A stretch of DNA of 64,000 nt, taken from NCBI GenBank assembly GCA_051362555.1, contig CM120646.1, positions 13,640,001 through 13,704,000 of the forward strand, written 5' to 3'. The translations under genes and the position numbers were made by a program. Positions 27,516 through 40,531 of the stretch are shown here, in pieces. Each line of letters starts with the position of its first letter. The first letter of the stretch is position 1. This stretch comes from Lingula anatina (taxonomy: Eukaryota > Animalia > Brachiopoda). The notes beneath the pieces were generated by a model. That model was not told where the DNA came from, did not search any database, and worked only from the letters and a program-made list of their open reading frames with translations.

Positions 27516-28736
27516 CAATTGTTTCACTTTTATTTTTTGTTTATTTATTTATTTTTGATGAATAAAATGATTATAAGTTCCAACACAGGTTATAAAAAAT
27601 ATATATTTGGTTAAAACATCAAACTGTTTTTAAAATCAATCTAAACAACGACAGCCGTCTTTCCATTTGTTCGTTCTGTGAATTTATAAAAAAAAAATAA
27701 TGGAAAAGTAATCCATATTATGAGCCTATATTCTTATCTTACCACGTTGATTATGTTGATAATATATGCAAAGGTAGTGGTGGAGACGTTGGCGTTACTA
27801 TAATAAACGAGAACAATTAAAAAGCAGACGATGCGGATGCAATAGAGCTTGCAGCGGAAATTTGCCCAAATGCAAAAAAGTTAGAAGTAGAATAAATCTA
27901 CGACGAATAGATCCTGACTACGCCGCGGGTGAAAAGGAAGATATAAATTACCCGACATATGTCTTTTGCGACGAGAGAAAAAAAGAAGAAGAAGAATAAA
28001 TACGTTTAGGGATGGTACTGAGTTCAACCAAGCGAAACCGCAAGTGACACGCGCAACCGCCTTTTAATATCAATGTAACCAGTTAAAAAGTATAAATATC
28101 ATGTGGGAATATATTTAGTTTGTATGTACAGGGTTGCTTGTTACTATAAGTTAGGCTAAGATGGCTATATATACATGCACTGTACGTCACTTAACGTCAT
28201 ACGGAATTTCAAACTCTCCTGAAAAGTCGCCTGTACCTGTTGTCAAATTGCCACACGGAAAGTGCAAGCGAGTTGTTATGAAAGTTGCCTTTTGAACTGA
28301 GGGTGTCAGAAATCACGTTAAATTGCATATTTTGCGTAATTTCATTCATCCCTTCTTGAGTAGAACTTATACGTGATAAACTGTATTAAGGCTGTTCTGT
28401 TCGTTTAACAACGAACTACTGCTTTGTTTGCCTTAGAGTAGAGATGAGTTGCTTTTTTTTTTGTACAATAACACGTTTTTTTAAATATTACAGGAGTGAT
28501 TTTATCCGAAAAAAAAAAAAAAAAACGCTGACGATTGAAGCTCGGCCCTGCATAAGTGACTGCAATTAACACATTTTCTAATCTTCAACATTAAGTAAAA
28601 AATTGAGTAATTATTATCGTAAATACGACTAAGATGAAAAATATATACATATACATTAAAATAAGAAAACGCCCTTAATCTACTATTCAATTTTTATGGC
28701 GGTATATTGAAGCACGTGACACAGGCGATCGTGACC

Positions 28737-29906
28737 ATGGACGTGGCGAATGTTGTCAGGGTGTTTATGGCAGGGGACTTGATACTAGGACGAGGAATAG
28801 ACCAAATCCTACCTCATCCGTCTGACCCAACACTTTACGAAGCCCACACTGGAACGACGGACGCACGGAGCTATACAAAACAAGTCGTTTCGAAAAAAGG
28901 AGCTCTGCCGAAAGATCCCAGTTTTGACTACATCTGGGGTGATGCGTTGGATATTTTAAGTGAGTACAACCCAGACTTTCGAATAATCAACTTAGAGAGT
29001 GCAGTAACCACCAGTGACTCCCCGTGGCTATATAAAGATATATTGTTCCGCATGCATCCAAAAAATGTGGATACTCTAAAGAGCATCAAGGTGGATTGCT
29101 GCGTCCTCAGTAATAACCACGTACTGGACTGGGGATACTCAGGATTGGAAGAGACAATAAAAACCCTTCAAGACAACGGCCTTGGCTTCGTGGGTGCAGG
29201 GAAGAACATCTTTGAGGCCGAAAAGCCGGCAATATTTGGCCTTCGGAACGGCAAAGGGCGCATTGTAGTGTTTGGACGGTGTGAGAAATGGGCACATGTG
29301 CCTGCGTCGTGGGCAGCAACGCCCGACAGAGCAGGGGTCTGCACCCTGGCCATGGTAAATATATCTGAAGAAATCCAGTTGTTAACGGAACAGGTGAAAA
29401 AGGTTAAGAAACCAGACGATCTCGTCATTCTGTCTTTTCATTGGGGAAGAAACTGGGACTGGACGGTTCCAGAATACCAGCAAAAATTTGCTCGTGCTGC
29501 AATCGACGTTGCCGGCGTTGACGTCATTTACGGACATTCATCTCACCACGTGAAGGGTATAGAGGTTTACCATGGAAAACTCATCACTTACGGCTTAGGC
29601 GATCTGATCAATGATTTCGAAGGTTCGATCAACCGTTACCTTGCTCGTTTATCAGAAACATATCATTACGAATGGAACTTAATGTATTTTGCCGACTTCA
29701 ACCAAGAGAACGGAAACGTCCTCAACCTTAAAATGGTGCCGACTTCGATAGAAAAGTTCCAGGTTAGAAGAGCCGACGAAGATGCCACAGACTGGCTCCA
29801 TAAGCAGATGGACAAGTTGTGCAAGAAGTTGGGAGCAGGCGTGGAGAGAGTCGGCGACGAACTCCAACTCCTGATTGCTAATCCCCTCGTCAAGGGCGAG
29901 CTATAA
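28737..29906 (+). CDS. CapA/PgsA-family (PGA_cap) metallophosphoesterase, Rv0574c-like, intronless CDS, 389 aa
   Basis: ATG in accATGg Kozak context; motifs AGDLILGRGIDQILPHP, NLESAVT, FRMHPKN, SNNHVLDWG, SFHWGRNW, GHSSHH, YGLGDLINDFEG match the bacterial CapA subfamily typified by M. tuberculosis Rv0574c (recalled, not searched). Confidence 0.92.
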   Translation: MDVANVVRVFMAGDLILGRGIDQILPHPSDPTLYEAHTGTTDARSYTKQVVSKKGALPKDPSFDYIWGDALDILSEYNPDFRIINLESAVTTSDSPWLYKDILFRMHPKNVDTLKSIKVDCCVLSNNHVLDWGYSGLEETIKTLQDNGLGFVGAGKNIFEAEKPAIFGLRNGKGRIVVFGRCEKWAHVPASWAATPDRAGVCTLAMVNISEEIQLLTEQVKKVKKPDDLVILSFHWGRNWDWTVPEYQQKFARAAIDVAGVDVIYGHSSHHVKGIEVYHGKLITYGLGDLINDFEGSINRYLARLSETYHYEWNLMYFADFNQENGNVLNLKMVPTSIEKFQVRRADEDATDWLHKQMDKLCKKLGAGVERVGDELQLLIANPLVKGEL

Positions 29907-31106
29907 TACACGGGATGATTGTAATATTAACTTGGTCATTTGATGAATTGAATGCCCTAGTGACCGGACGTTTGACGGTGTGTCACCAACATAGCAAAAG
30001 GTTTATGACCGCATCGTCTTTTATTTCAATATATTATTAGAAAGACATAACCGTTATTCATGGAGTCAAATAAACAAGGAGGATAAATGGAATCGTTACG
30101 GTTACGTGTTGTTATTTCAATCGTCTGGGTTCACGGACTTTTTGGAAATTAATTATTCGATCGCTTATCTATCTATTCATCACAGTAATTGTATTACTCA
30201 GCAATTTGCCCGTGATGAAGTTTGAGATGCCATAGTATTGTTAATGATACATGTATGTACAACTAAATTGCTACTCATCCTTACAAGCATGGTTGAACAA
30301 TATGGCACCAGTATGTCCCATTGACGTTGGATGGCACCGTTTCACCGATTTTGACGAACTTCACATTCTTCATTATATGCTACACAGGCATTCATTGTAT
30401 ATTCTGTATTCGCAGACAAGAATACGCATGCGGGTAATAAATTATTATGCTAAGAGAACGCCTAAAGCATTTTATACTATAGTAGTGTATTATTTTACTG
30501 GGTCTCTTGTACCTTGGTTAAATACTCATGCGATCATTTTATTTCAATATAAGAGTTGTTAGTATTGCGTGTATATGAGTTTTTAAAGCCCTTTAGAAAT
30601 ACACCATTACGATATAATGACACGCACACACACTATGTGCATGCATAGGGGTGTGCAGATAAAAAGGACTGAAATATGGGGTTGTTCATACAATAAATTT
30701 TATTTTTAAACAATTTGACGGGGATGAATTTCCCCAAGCAAGCTTATTTCCCACGTCGCGCTCGGGAGTCGCAGCCCAGGGCCCAAACGTTACAATATCA
30801 TACTGTGCAAACATCTTTGTAACAGAACGTACTTTTAGTCTATACAAAATTGAATATTTATTGTCCTATAAGCACACACAGCAATATGAATCAGACTGTA
30901 CGCCAGAATACTTAGTTCTCAAAAAGAACATATCGACTAAAAATGCCACGGTGTATAAATCTCTAAATTAGCCTCTCAATAATTTCAAAATGGCTCCAGC
31001 AATTCTCACCAAAACGAGCACAGATGCGCGTAGAACGAATCTGTTTGGCTGCTGGTACAATAATTTATAGAAATGTTTTTGAATTCACTTTTGGTAAGGG
31101 CAGTTA

Positions 31107-34100
31107 TTAGAATGACCACTGCTCTCCAAGGTCAGTGTCCTTCAGTCTATCCACCAGGCTGCCCACTGCAGAATCATCTGGAACACAAAGGACGGTTTCT
31201 GAATTTAAATTTCAAATTTCACACAGAAAGGTAACAGTGTGACACTGAATATATGAATAAATAAAAAACAATAAAAATACACACAGTTAAATGACTACAT
31301 TTGAATTGTTTTCAAAAATAAACAAATGAAATCTATATCAAAGGATAAGCATTTGTGCCTAATTGACAACTTAAAAAAAAAAAAACAACTGAATTCAAAA
31401 TCATGAGTAGGCTGAAGAACGTGGCCCCTCCACAGCTGAAAAGTGTTGCAATACCTGGTATTGAAGACAAAATTTCTATTCACCAAATATAAATAATTTA
31501 TGTATATAATTTCTGTCAGATCAATATTTCTTAATAAACCAATGACAAATTTATCAAATAAGTACAATATTCTACATTCTCTTTTGCCATGGCATATTAG
31601 ACTTTGTTTATTAGGCTAAATTTAGGCTAAAATTAATCATTCTAAAAACAGCCTAAAATGTACTTAATTTCATTTTAACTTCCACTTACCTTTGGGTAAT
31701 TTTGTAGCATCTGTAAGCGGTTGTACGGGTATAAGAAGGTTGGGTAAATAAGCTTCTGTGCTCTTCTTCTTCACTTGTTTGAAGAAAGAATGGCTAAGTA
31801 GATCTGTCACAGTGGGCCTGCAGGGATAAAAACTTCAATTATTTGACTGATATTTAGCTACACTTCCACACTGTAAGGTTGTATTTAATTCAGACAACAT
31901 AAAAATGATTGAGACATAAAATAAATAAATGAAAGAATAAATAAATACATTAAAAGATAAATAAATAAATAAATAAAACTGAGTGACTTATTTCAGCAAA
32001 CAAAATTCTTATTATTCTTATAATTTTCTTTTTAAAATGTTAAAATCAATATAGAGCTCAGTGTTCAATATGTCAATGTAAAAAAATTCTATTTTGAGAA
32101 TGACTTGCACGCACATATGGAAAGAATTCAAAACTGTATGTGTGTGTGTGTGTTTTTATGCCTGCATGCTCATGCATACCCTTTACATTTCTGTTTCCAC
32201 TCACCTTTCTGTGGGATCCCTTTTAAGACACGACTCCACAAACTCATGAAAATGTGAAGAAAAAATTCTTTGGTACTTGATGGTGTCTCCTCGAGAGTTC
32301 CCCTCACTGTCTCGAAGAATACCGGAGTCTGTGCCCCCTGAAAATATGCATGTATCTCCATATGCAACTACTGATGTGTGTGAGGTTGAATTTAGATAGT
32401 CAGTATGCTGTGATTGAAGTGACAAGAAAAGTGAATGATTAAAAAAAAAGCCAACAAGACAACGACAATTGAATTACAAAGAATACTTCACAAATAAATT
32501 TGAAGAAAAAAAAGTATAGCATTATTTGGCTCAAAAAGAACAAACACTACCTTCCATGTTTTGATTTTCCTCCATGATGTAGTCAGGGACTGTAGTGTTA
32601 TCCAGCAGTCGTGGCGTTGTCCCACTCATCTTCTCCAGTAACATTAACGTCAGCGGCATATCAGCAAAAGGCACACAGCCGTTGGCCAGCTCACACGCTG
32701 TGATTCCAATACTGTAGATATCCGACTTGTTGTCGTAGCCAGCCATATTCTGGAAGCAGTCAAAAGAAATATGACCAATGTCATCAACTTTATTTTGTAA
32801 CACCACTCAAGACATTAACAAAGATGTGACTCCTACAAATTTAAAAATAAAACAAGCTGGAATACAATTTATCACTTCTTCAAAATATTTCCATGTTTTT
32901 TTTTCAGTTCAGCCACTAAATGATTATCTAATATTGTATCAGTAAATCATTCCAGAAAAGAAACTGCTACCTGTAGGAAGATAGTGTCCCTTTTAACTGA
33001 ACTGATTGACCAGTTATTCTACCTGTTCTAGTATCTCTGGTGCCATCCAGTGGAGAGATTTAATAGCAGTGGTGGGGTAATCATGGACCACATGCTCCTT
33101 GGCGCCACCTACGATTGTGTCGAGCATGTACCGCATTCCAGACAAACGAACTTGCCCATTGGCTGAGACTAAAATGTGGCTGGCTCTTATTCCTCTGAAT
33201 AATAATAATAATAAGAAGAAGAAGAAGAAGAATACATAAATACATACATACATGATACAAATATTCAAAACCAATATGGTTCACCCCATATATGTTTGTG
33301 TAATCTGTCATATTTAATTTCATCTTAGTAAAACGCTTCCGTCTTTAACATTTTCTTCTTTTCTTTCTTTCTGTTCTTTTTTCCCCCTCTACTGCAAACT
33401 TTAACTCCCATTTTGATTACAACTTCATTTTGTATCATGTGTTTAATTAAGTTTACCTGTGTATGAATCCTTTGGCATGTATATATTCCAGTGCCTGCAG
33501 CACATCTCGTAGTATAAAAGCAATGGCTAACTCTGGCAATCCTTCTGTGAATTGCGCATGACAAACTAAGTCTCGACATGAGCCTACATAAAAAAACAAA
33601 AAATATTCAAAATATTATCGCTTCGTCAAAAACTAGACAGCAAGGCTGGCATATCAACAGACAATGAAAATGAGGAGAAAAATAAATATAAAATAAATTA
33701 ATAAAAGAATCACTTATTTTGCAAAGGCAAGATTCTTAAAAATATAAAAATTGGACAGAAACAGTTTATCACAAGTACATACCATATCCCATCAATGGCA
33801 TCACCGCCCACAGTTCCTTATTATGAATGAAAGCAGAATACAGCGGCAAAATGTTGCTATGAGCAAACTGCTTTGATGCCAGGATTTCATGCTGAAAAAG
33901 AGAAGCTGCCATGTTGTAATTTGTTATATAAATCAGTAATAATGCTCATCTATCTCTTCCATAGTCTGTGTATGCTTAATAGTCTGTGGCACTGTACATA
34001 AGCGCCATTTTCATGATGCATTTGCTTACTTTAAATTTTAACTGTATGGCTGTTAAATGCATTTTGTTGAAGATTTATCCATTTTTTCTTACCTGCAGTA

Positions 34101-37100
34101 TGCCAAATTTTACTACAATCACATTCTTACCTGCAGTATGCCAAAGTCTATGTCACATTCTTCTAAGTTGATCCTGCGTATGGTAATGTGAGTCCCAGAG
34201 GGGATATGCTTTGCCAGTGAGATGGTGGCCTGTTCATTGCAAGCATGACCTGGGGTATAGAATATATACAGGCCACATTATCAGAAATGTAGTTGAGAAA
34301 CAGATCAGATCTGTATTATGTGCACTGTGATGCTGGTAATCTGATGGTTGGAGCAGCTAAATGTAAACTTACACAAACAGAACAAACAAAAATAATTACA
34401 CCAACTTACAATGTATAATGAGAAAACATTAAATAAAGACAATTTCTCTAAATTTTCTTGTAAGTAAATGTGTTCTGCATTTGGAAGAAATCTATTATGT
34501 TTTTAGGCCAGGTTCACAACAATTGGATCTAGAGACTAACTAGTTTGCTGATCACATATGGTGCACGCTTGACAATGGATTCCCGCCTCCCAAGCGAGTC
34601 TTCCCAGCACGACCAGAACAATTAAATCAAATGGGTCACGCCATATCTGATCCGCACACTACACAGTCTGCAGATCACCTAATTGTGAATGTGGTTTTAG
34701 AGTGATTCTAGAGCCTCAGACTGTCGTGCCCTACCTATGACAGTGAAGATTTGGTAGTCCTCTGGACGAGGCCTGAAATCCACCATGTTGTAGTTTGAAG
34801 CAGAGGACGTGGAAGCTCTGTCACTGGCACTGGAAGAGCTCCATGATGGGGATTCTCTTCTCTGGAAATACAGAGTATGGACTGGTAGACTACACAATAC
34901 ACTAAAATGTTACCATTGTTTTTGCCATAGAGCATTGACTTAAAGTTGTAAATTGTACTGAAATCCCCTCAGTTAAATCAAAAGAGAACAAAGATCAAAG
35001 GATTATATTTCATGTTTTTTCTAATATTTTGGTCAGAACAATATCACTACTAGTATTTTAAATAAAAAACTTGATAAAATTTTGACCAATATCAGAAATG
35101 AAATTTCACCAATAAAAGTTACACAGAGCTGTCGAATGTATATATATATGTATTACTGTGCTTGATATCTTGAAAATTCACTTTCTATTAGTAGTGATTT
35201 TTAAACAAAATGACACAACAATGACATACACCCATTAAAATGTGTAGAAAGAGACTTGCGTGCTGTCTAAAATACAGTTTTAGACCAGTACATCTAACAG
35301 AGTAAGATCATTTTATATGAGAGAGGACATAGCTGTGAACAAACTACCAGGCATGCAGTACATGGCAGCATTCAGAAAGGTTTCAAAGATATTTTGTTCA
35401 ACTTCAAGATGAAAATGCAATGTAACATTGTATTCCCCTTCTGCTTACACACCCACTTCTCTTTCTCTCTCACACACACACATACACCCCATTTCCATAG
35501 ATTAGATCGACCTACTTTAGATCGACCTAACTCCCTGGGGGTTCACGCTAAATAGCTGTCAGCCGGGAGGACACAAAAGTTAATTACCCCCTTACAGCTT
35601 GTAGTAGGCGGGACGGACATTTAAGCCGGATTATCTGAAGGTAATCTAGTGAGACTCCCCGCGGGGATAGATCGATCTAAAATCTATGGGAATAGAGCCA
35701 TACACACATGCACACACACATGCACACACACATGCACACACACATGCATACACACACATACACACACACACACATTCCTGCATCAAAACATCTGCACAGA
35801 AAGACAAAGGGTTAATGTTATCATGTATTACAGAAGAAATGGGAACCAAGCGACTAATTTCAGCAGTCAAAACTCCATCTGATGAAACCTCAATGAACAG
35901 GGCCTGTGTTGCTATCACCCATGGGTGAAATGACACACAGTTTGACATTTCTAGATTCTTGGTCACCCTGGACATAATTTGTTGTTGAAACATCTTTTCA
36001 GGAAAGCTAATGCACATGGCATTATTTGATCATTTGATACACAAATAATAATTTCATCATGCCAAAATGGATACTAATATGTTTTGATCATTTGATACAC
36101 AAATAATAATTTCATCATGCCAAAATGGATACTAATATGTTTTGATCATTTGATACACAAATAATAATTTCATCATGCCAAAATGGATACTAATATGTTT
36201 TGATCATTTGATACACAAATAATAATTTCATCATGCCAAAATGGATACTAATATGTTTTGATCATTTGATACACAAATAATAATTTCATCATGCCAAAAT
36301 GGATACTAATATGTTTTGATCATTTGATACACAAATAATAATTTCATCATGCCAAAATGGATACTAATATGTATTAATCTATGCCATTAAAAAAGCTTCT
36401 ATTTTCTTACACTTCTGGGTTTTCTGTACAGAGGTTCTTCAATATCAGCCTCTGGGACAGACTTCTTTGAAGAACAATAGCACTGCTGAAAATCATCAAA
36501 ATATGAACATTACAGCAAATGAAATGTATTTTGGCAAATCAGTAGTTCTCAATCTGAATTCCATTTAATACATACAGTTCATTACACTTCAGATTACCTA
36601 TCTATGGTGATATGGGTGTTTGTATTAGTAACCAGTTTCACTATATAGTTTTACACTTTCAATTTTTTCATTTTTGTACTACAAATACACCATTTCTCAA
36701 TCAGAAATTTGAAAAGGGACATCTGCCTTTTTGGTTTGTGTTTCTGAGTTTGATTTGTGTGATCAATGTGAAACAGTTTAACAAAGCATCGCTTCAAGGC
36801 AGTTTTTATCTAAATTCAAACTCAGCAAAAAAAGTTAAGCTTTACCCACTCCCACTTAAATAGCACCATATAATACCATAGCAATATACATGCTTTCTAT
36901 GAAATTTGTCTCTAAAAAGGCTAGGCAAAGGAGAAAAGAATATAATGTTATTAGATATTACTGCATCAATTTTTCAATATTTTTCTATTGAAGAGCAGTT
37001 TAAATTCACCACCTTTCACAGACTAGTTTAAAGCCAACACACTTGATTTTTTTAACATCACTTCTAACAAAATCTCTCATGAAACAGAGTATTTGCATAT

Positions 37101-37542
37101 TAAACTGAAAAGAAAAAACATGCAATTTACGGATTTGATTTTTACATATGTGCTTGGTGCCATGATATCAAGCAATTACTGTGGAAGAGAAACCAGGTTA
37201 TAAATTACTATGAGACTGAATAATTATTATCAAGAATAATTCAAATAGGTTACCAGTATTTTATCAGCACAGTGATAAGTAAAATGGCCTGTGTTAACAA
37301 TCACCAGAGGTTAATGTATAAAAATTAGGTTGAGGTGTTTTTTGTTTTGTTATAAACAAAGCATATCTTCCACTGTGATTTCTCTGTACTGAATGACAAT
37401 GACCAAGATACACAAAATAGATAAACCATCAACTCGGCTTTCATGTTCCATGTGCACCTGTCGTGGATGCATGTGTGTGCATGTATGTATGCATGTACTG
37501 CTGCATGACTACAGAATTTAGAAAAAAATCTATTGAGTGCAA

Positions 37543-37580
<38 letters not shown>

Positions 37581-38997
37581 GGGGGGTCCCCCAGGATCTG
37601 GAGCACAGGGAGCCCAAATTTGTGAATCTGTAATTTGGTCATTGATAAACAGAGAGTCCAACCCAAGCTAGCCCAACCAACCACCCAACATAAATACTTT
37701 GTAAACAATACAGCTGTCTCTGGAAATGCAGGCTTTAGGCTATTAACCTTCTAAATGACTATGGGATGGCTCTAAGGAGAAACCCTTGGATGAGAGTGAT
37801 TTCAGCTTCTAATAATTTGTTTTGATTAAAAAAAGGACGAAAATATTCTTAGTTATCACTTGTAGTTTAATAGCTTTGTTCATGATGTAAATCAAGGTTA
37901 CCGTAAGAAATTAATTCTATGATATACACACAATTTAACCATATTACAAAAAAAAAAAAAATCCCTTTGACCACTCACCATTCAAAAATATTTTTGCTCC
38001 AAGTTTGAATTTTGTTAGAAACCCTGTGCAATCAAAACACTGGGAGATGGAAAATTTTAGTATGGTGTAAGGTGGGTAAAGTGGGTAGGGGGGCATAAAA
38101 GTAGGCCATGCTCAGTATATGTACATTAAAAAATAGGGCACTGGAAAACATGACACTTTCACCCAAAGTATCCTACTTTACTTAGTTAAAAAAAAAAAAC
38201 TTAACATTACCACCACCATCAAATCAGTGTCATGCAAATATCAGGGGAACAAAGTGTCCAAATTAAAGATGAAAATCCTTTTATTCCAACATCTCCCAAG
38301 AAGATCCACCACAGCTGCAGATTTCAAACCAAATGTTGTAACTTTCGGAATACATATTTCTGTTTTAGTTAATGTACATGTAAACATTTTAATATCTCAT
38401 GATAAAGGGTAATGTATGAATGAGAATCCAGTTATTATTTGGTATTGGTGGCATTAAATGTCTAACATGTTAAGCTAATGTAATATTAAACAATACCATG
38501 CACAGCAAAACAATGATAAATCAACATCAAAATGACTACAGGGAAAATCTACCTTGTTACACACTTACAACAACCAAATAAAACGAAAAATACAACAAAA
38601 AGCAACGGCCGAAATGCAACTGTTGCTAAATGAATTAAAGAAACACAAAATAAAGTGAGTTATAAAAACATAAACAACAAATTTTCAACAGCAAATCACA
38701 TCTCCATCCTCAATTAACACTACAGTACTTACATTCCAGATACTGCGACTAGGCTATTCTATAAGAGCTACTGAGAAAAGAAAATCAAATTTAGCATGCC
38801 TTTATTTATGGTGAAACAATATTTACACGAATTGCTAAACGTGGCCCTTCACCCTGACAAATAAGTCACAAATACCCACATAAAACATGAAGCAAAATCA
38901 GCTGGGTTGCATAAATCTTTATATTACCGTCGCCGATCAGGCACAATTGTCAAGAAAACTCGTTAATTGTTGTTGGAAATCTTACCATCAAGGACAT
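31107..38997 (-). CDS. STRAD: STE20-related kinase adaptor pseudokinase (STRAD alpha/beta-like)
   Basis: Exons ~38997-38986 (MSLM), 36485-36411 (QCYCSS..), 34862-34735, 34249-34131, 33891-33783, 33583-33457, 33194-33023, 32749-32551, 32337-32205, 31817-31690, 31177-31107. [10 protein letters not shown] (no catalytic Asp), LSG in place of [34 protein letters not shown]-terminal WSF* (WEF-like MO25-binding motif). Confidence 0.93.
35489..35692. mobile_element. MITE family A, copy 2 (STRAD intron)
   Basis: gatcgacctaactccctgggggttcacgcta...gagactccccgcggggatagatcgatctaaaatctatgggaat, shared with the 23374 and 54334 copies. Confidence 0.75.
36025..36372. repeat. Perfect 58-bp minisatellite, 6 copies
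   Basis: Unit tttgatcatttgatacacaaataataatttcatcatgccaaaatggatactaatatgt; gccaaaatgg recurs at 36061, 36119, 36177, 36235, 36293, 36351. Confidence 0.95.
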
Positions 38998-39442
38998 CGT
39001 ACATGTCTGTGGAAACTTACTCTTTGGTGTTTGGAGATTATAAGACGCCAAAATCTCGACTAAATTCGCGCTTTCTCGTGTGCATACACAGCTTTGTGGT
39101 CATGTTTTTATTGTACAGTGAACTTACTTAACTATTCGAAGACTATTCGTACTGCATATGTGTTTGTGAAATCAATAAAGTAGCCTTTCGTCTTGGAAAC
39201 TTAGTAAAGGGAAATGTCCGGTGTCACGGTCTCAGAATGTCGTCGTGCTCAGTTCTTGATAAATGTAGATCTAACGTTCTGAGACTGCACTGACGAGCAG
39301 CTACCCGCTACCAGAACTACATAGCAACTTATACCCCTGATACCAGGGGCTCCTAGTAAAATAGTATAAAAATAATTGGTAACAGCTGCTATACTAGCCA
39401 GTGCTACCTGTACGCACCTACGCAGTGAGCGTATACACGTAA

Positions 39443-39487
<45 letters not shown>

Positions 39488-40531
39488 TACATTTTTTGTG
39501 GTTGACATAAAAATAGTGGAATGTGAATACTAGTAACGTCGTGGGACTCATTTTGAACAAGAAATGACACTTTTTCTAGATCTGCTCAGAAGTGGATGAC
39601 GTGGATTGCTGTAGGCCTATAAACGTTAAATTTGGCATTGGCATAGGCCTACATCAAGAAGGCGAATATGATCGCACACAGGCAGTCATTTGTTGATTTG
39701 AATAGGTATAGCGCTCGCGATGTAAAATCGCAACTTTGCAGGACATTAAGTTAAACTGTGTGAAATTCACCAAAATTGTACGTCAGTGCAAATCTCATGT
39801 TTAACGATGATACTAATCACTTTCTTAGTTTAAAAAAATACGTATTGCCCATTTAAAAGAGACCCATATGCGCGCCTTCATGCACTGCATCGATCGTTTT
39901 CAGGGGCGGGTCCAGGATTTTTTGAAGGGTTGGGGGGGGGGGGGGAGGGGGTGATCAATAAAATGTTTGCCAAACTTCTTTTTGGGGGACCAATCATATG
40001 GTTTAAATGACACTTAACTACATCATATAGGCCTATTGCTTAATTTTTCCCAAATATTCTAAGGGGAGGCATTTTGCTTTGTCACAATTTTGCACACATT
40101 ACGGAGTAGCTGGTCATCTTCCATATTTGGAATCTTTGGTGAAAATGACACTAAATTACAAAATTACATACTAATTTTTTCAAATACTTCTCGGGGGAGG
40201 GCTGCTCAGGTATCTTTCCCGATCCTAGGTGTGGCCAACCAGTAGGCCCTACGTGCACATATCAGAAGACACAATGAAACATATTCTAGAGGCAAACTTT
40301 ATTCTCGGCTTCTTTATTTCTGTTACGTTTATTTTATGTGACAGCTGTGATTGTTGAAATTGTTAATAGTGTAACAGTGTTCTTTTACAAACGCTATCAG
40401 TCCTTCAACCGTTTCATTTACGAGAATCTCGTCGTAGAATCTACAAACTGTTTATCTCTGTGTAAGAGCTGTGTCGTGGCCTGGTTAGTAAGTGTTCGTT
40501 TCAATTAATGATATATATATATGACAGGGTG

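Noticed and set aside
28707-28736. TTG start given by the ORF track for the CapA gene
   Set aside because: Eukaryotic context; the ATG at 28737 has an ideal Kozak sequence and family homology starts just after it.
36025-36372. CRISPR-like periodic array
   Set aside because: Units are fully identical with no unique spacers and no cas genes; it is a minisatellite.
37542-37586. Long G-runs (also ~7238, 13622, 39930, 56227, 58022) as functional G-quadruplexes
   Set aside because: Homopolymer tracts are frequent throughout the introns of this window and are length-unreliable; no positional pattern.
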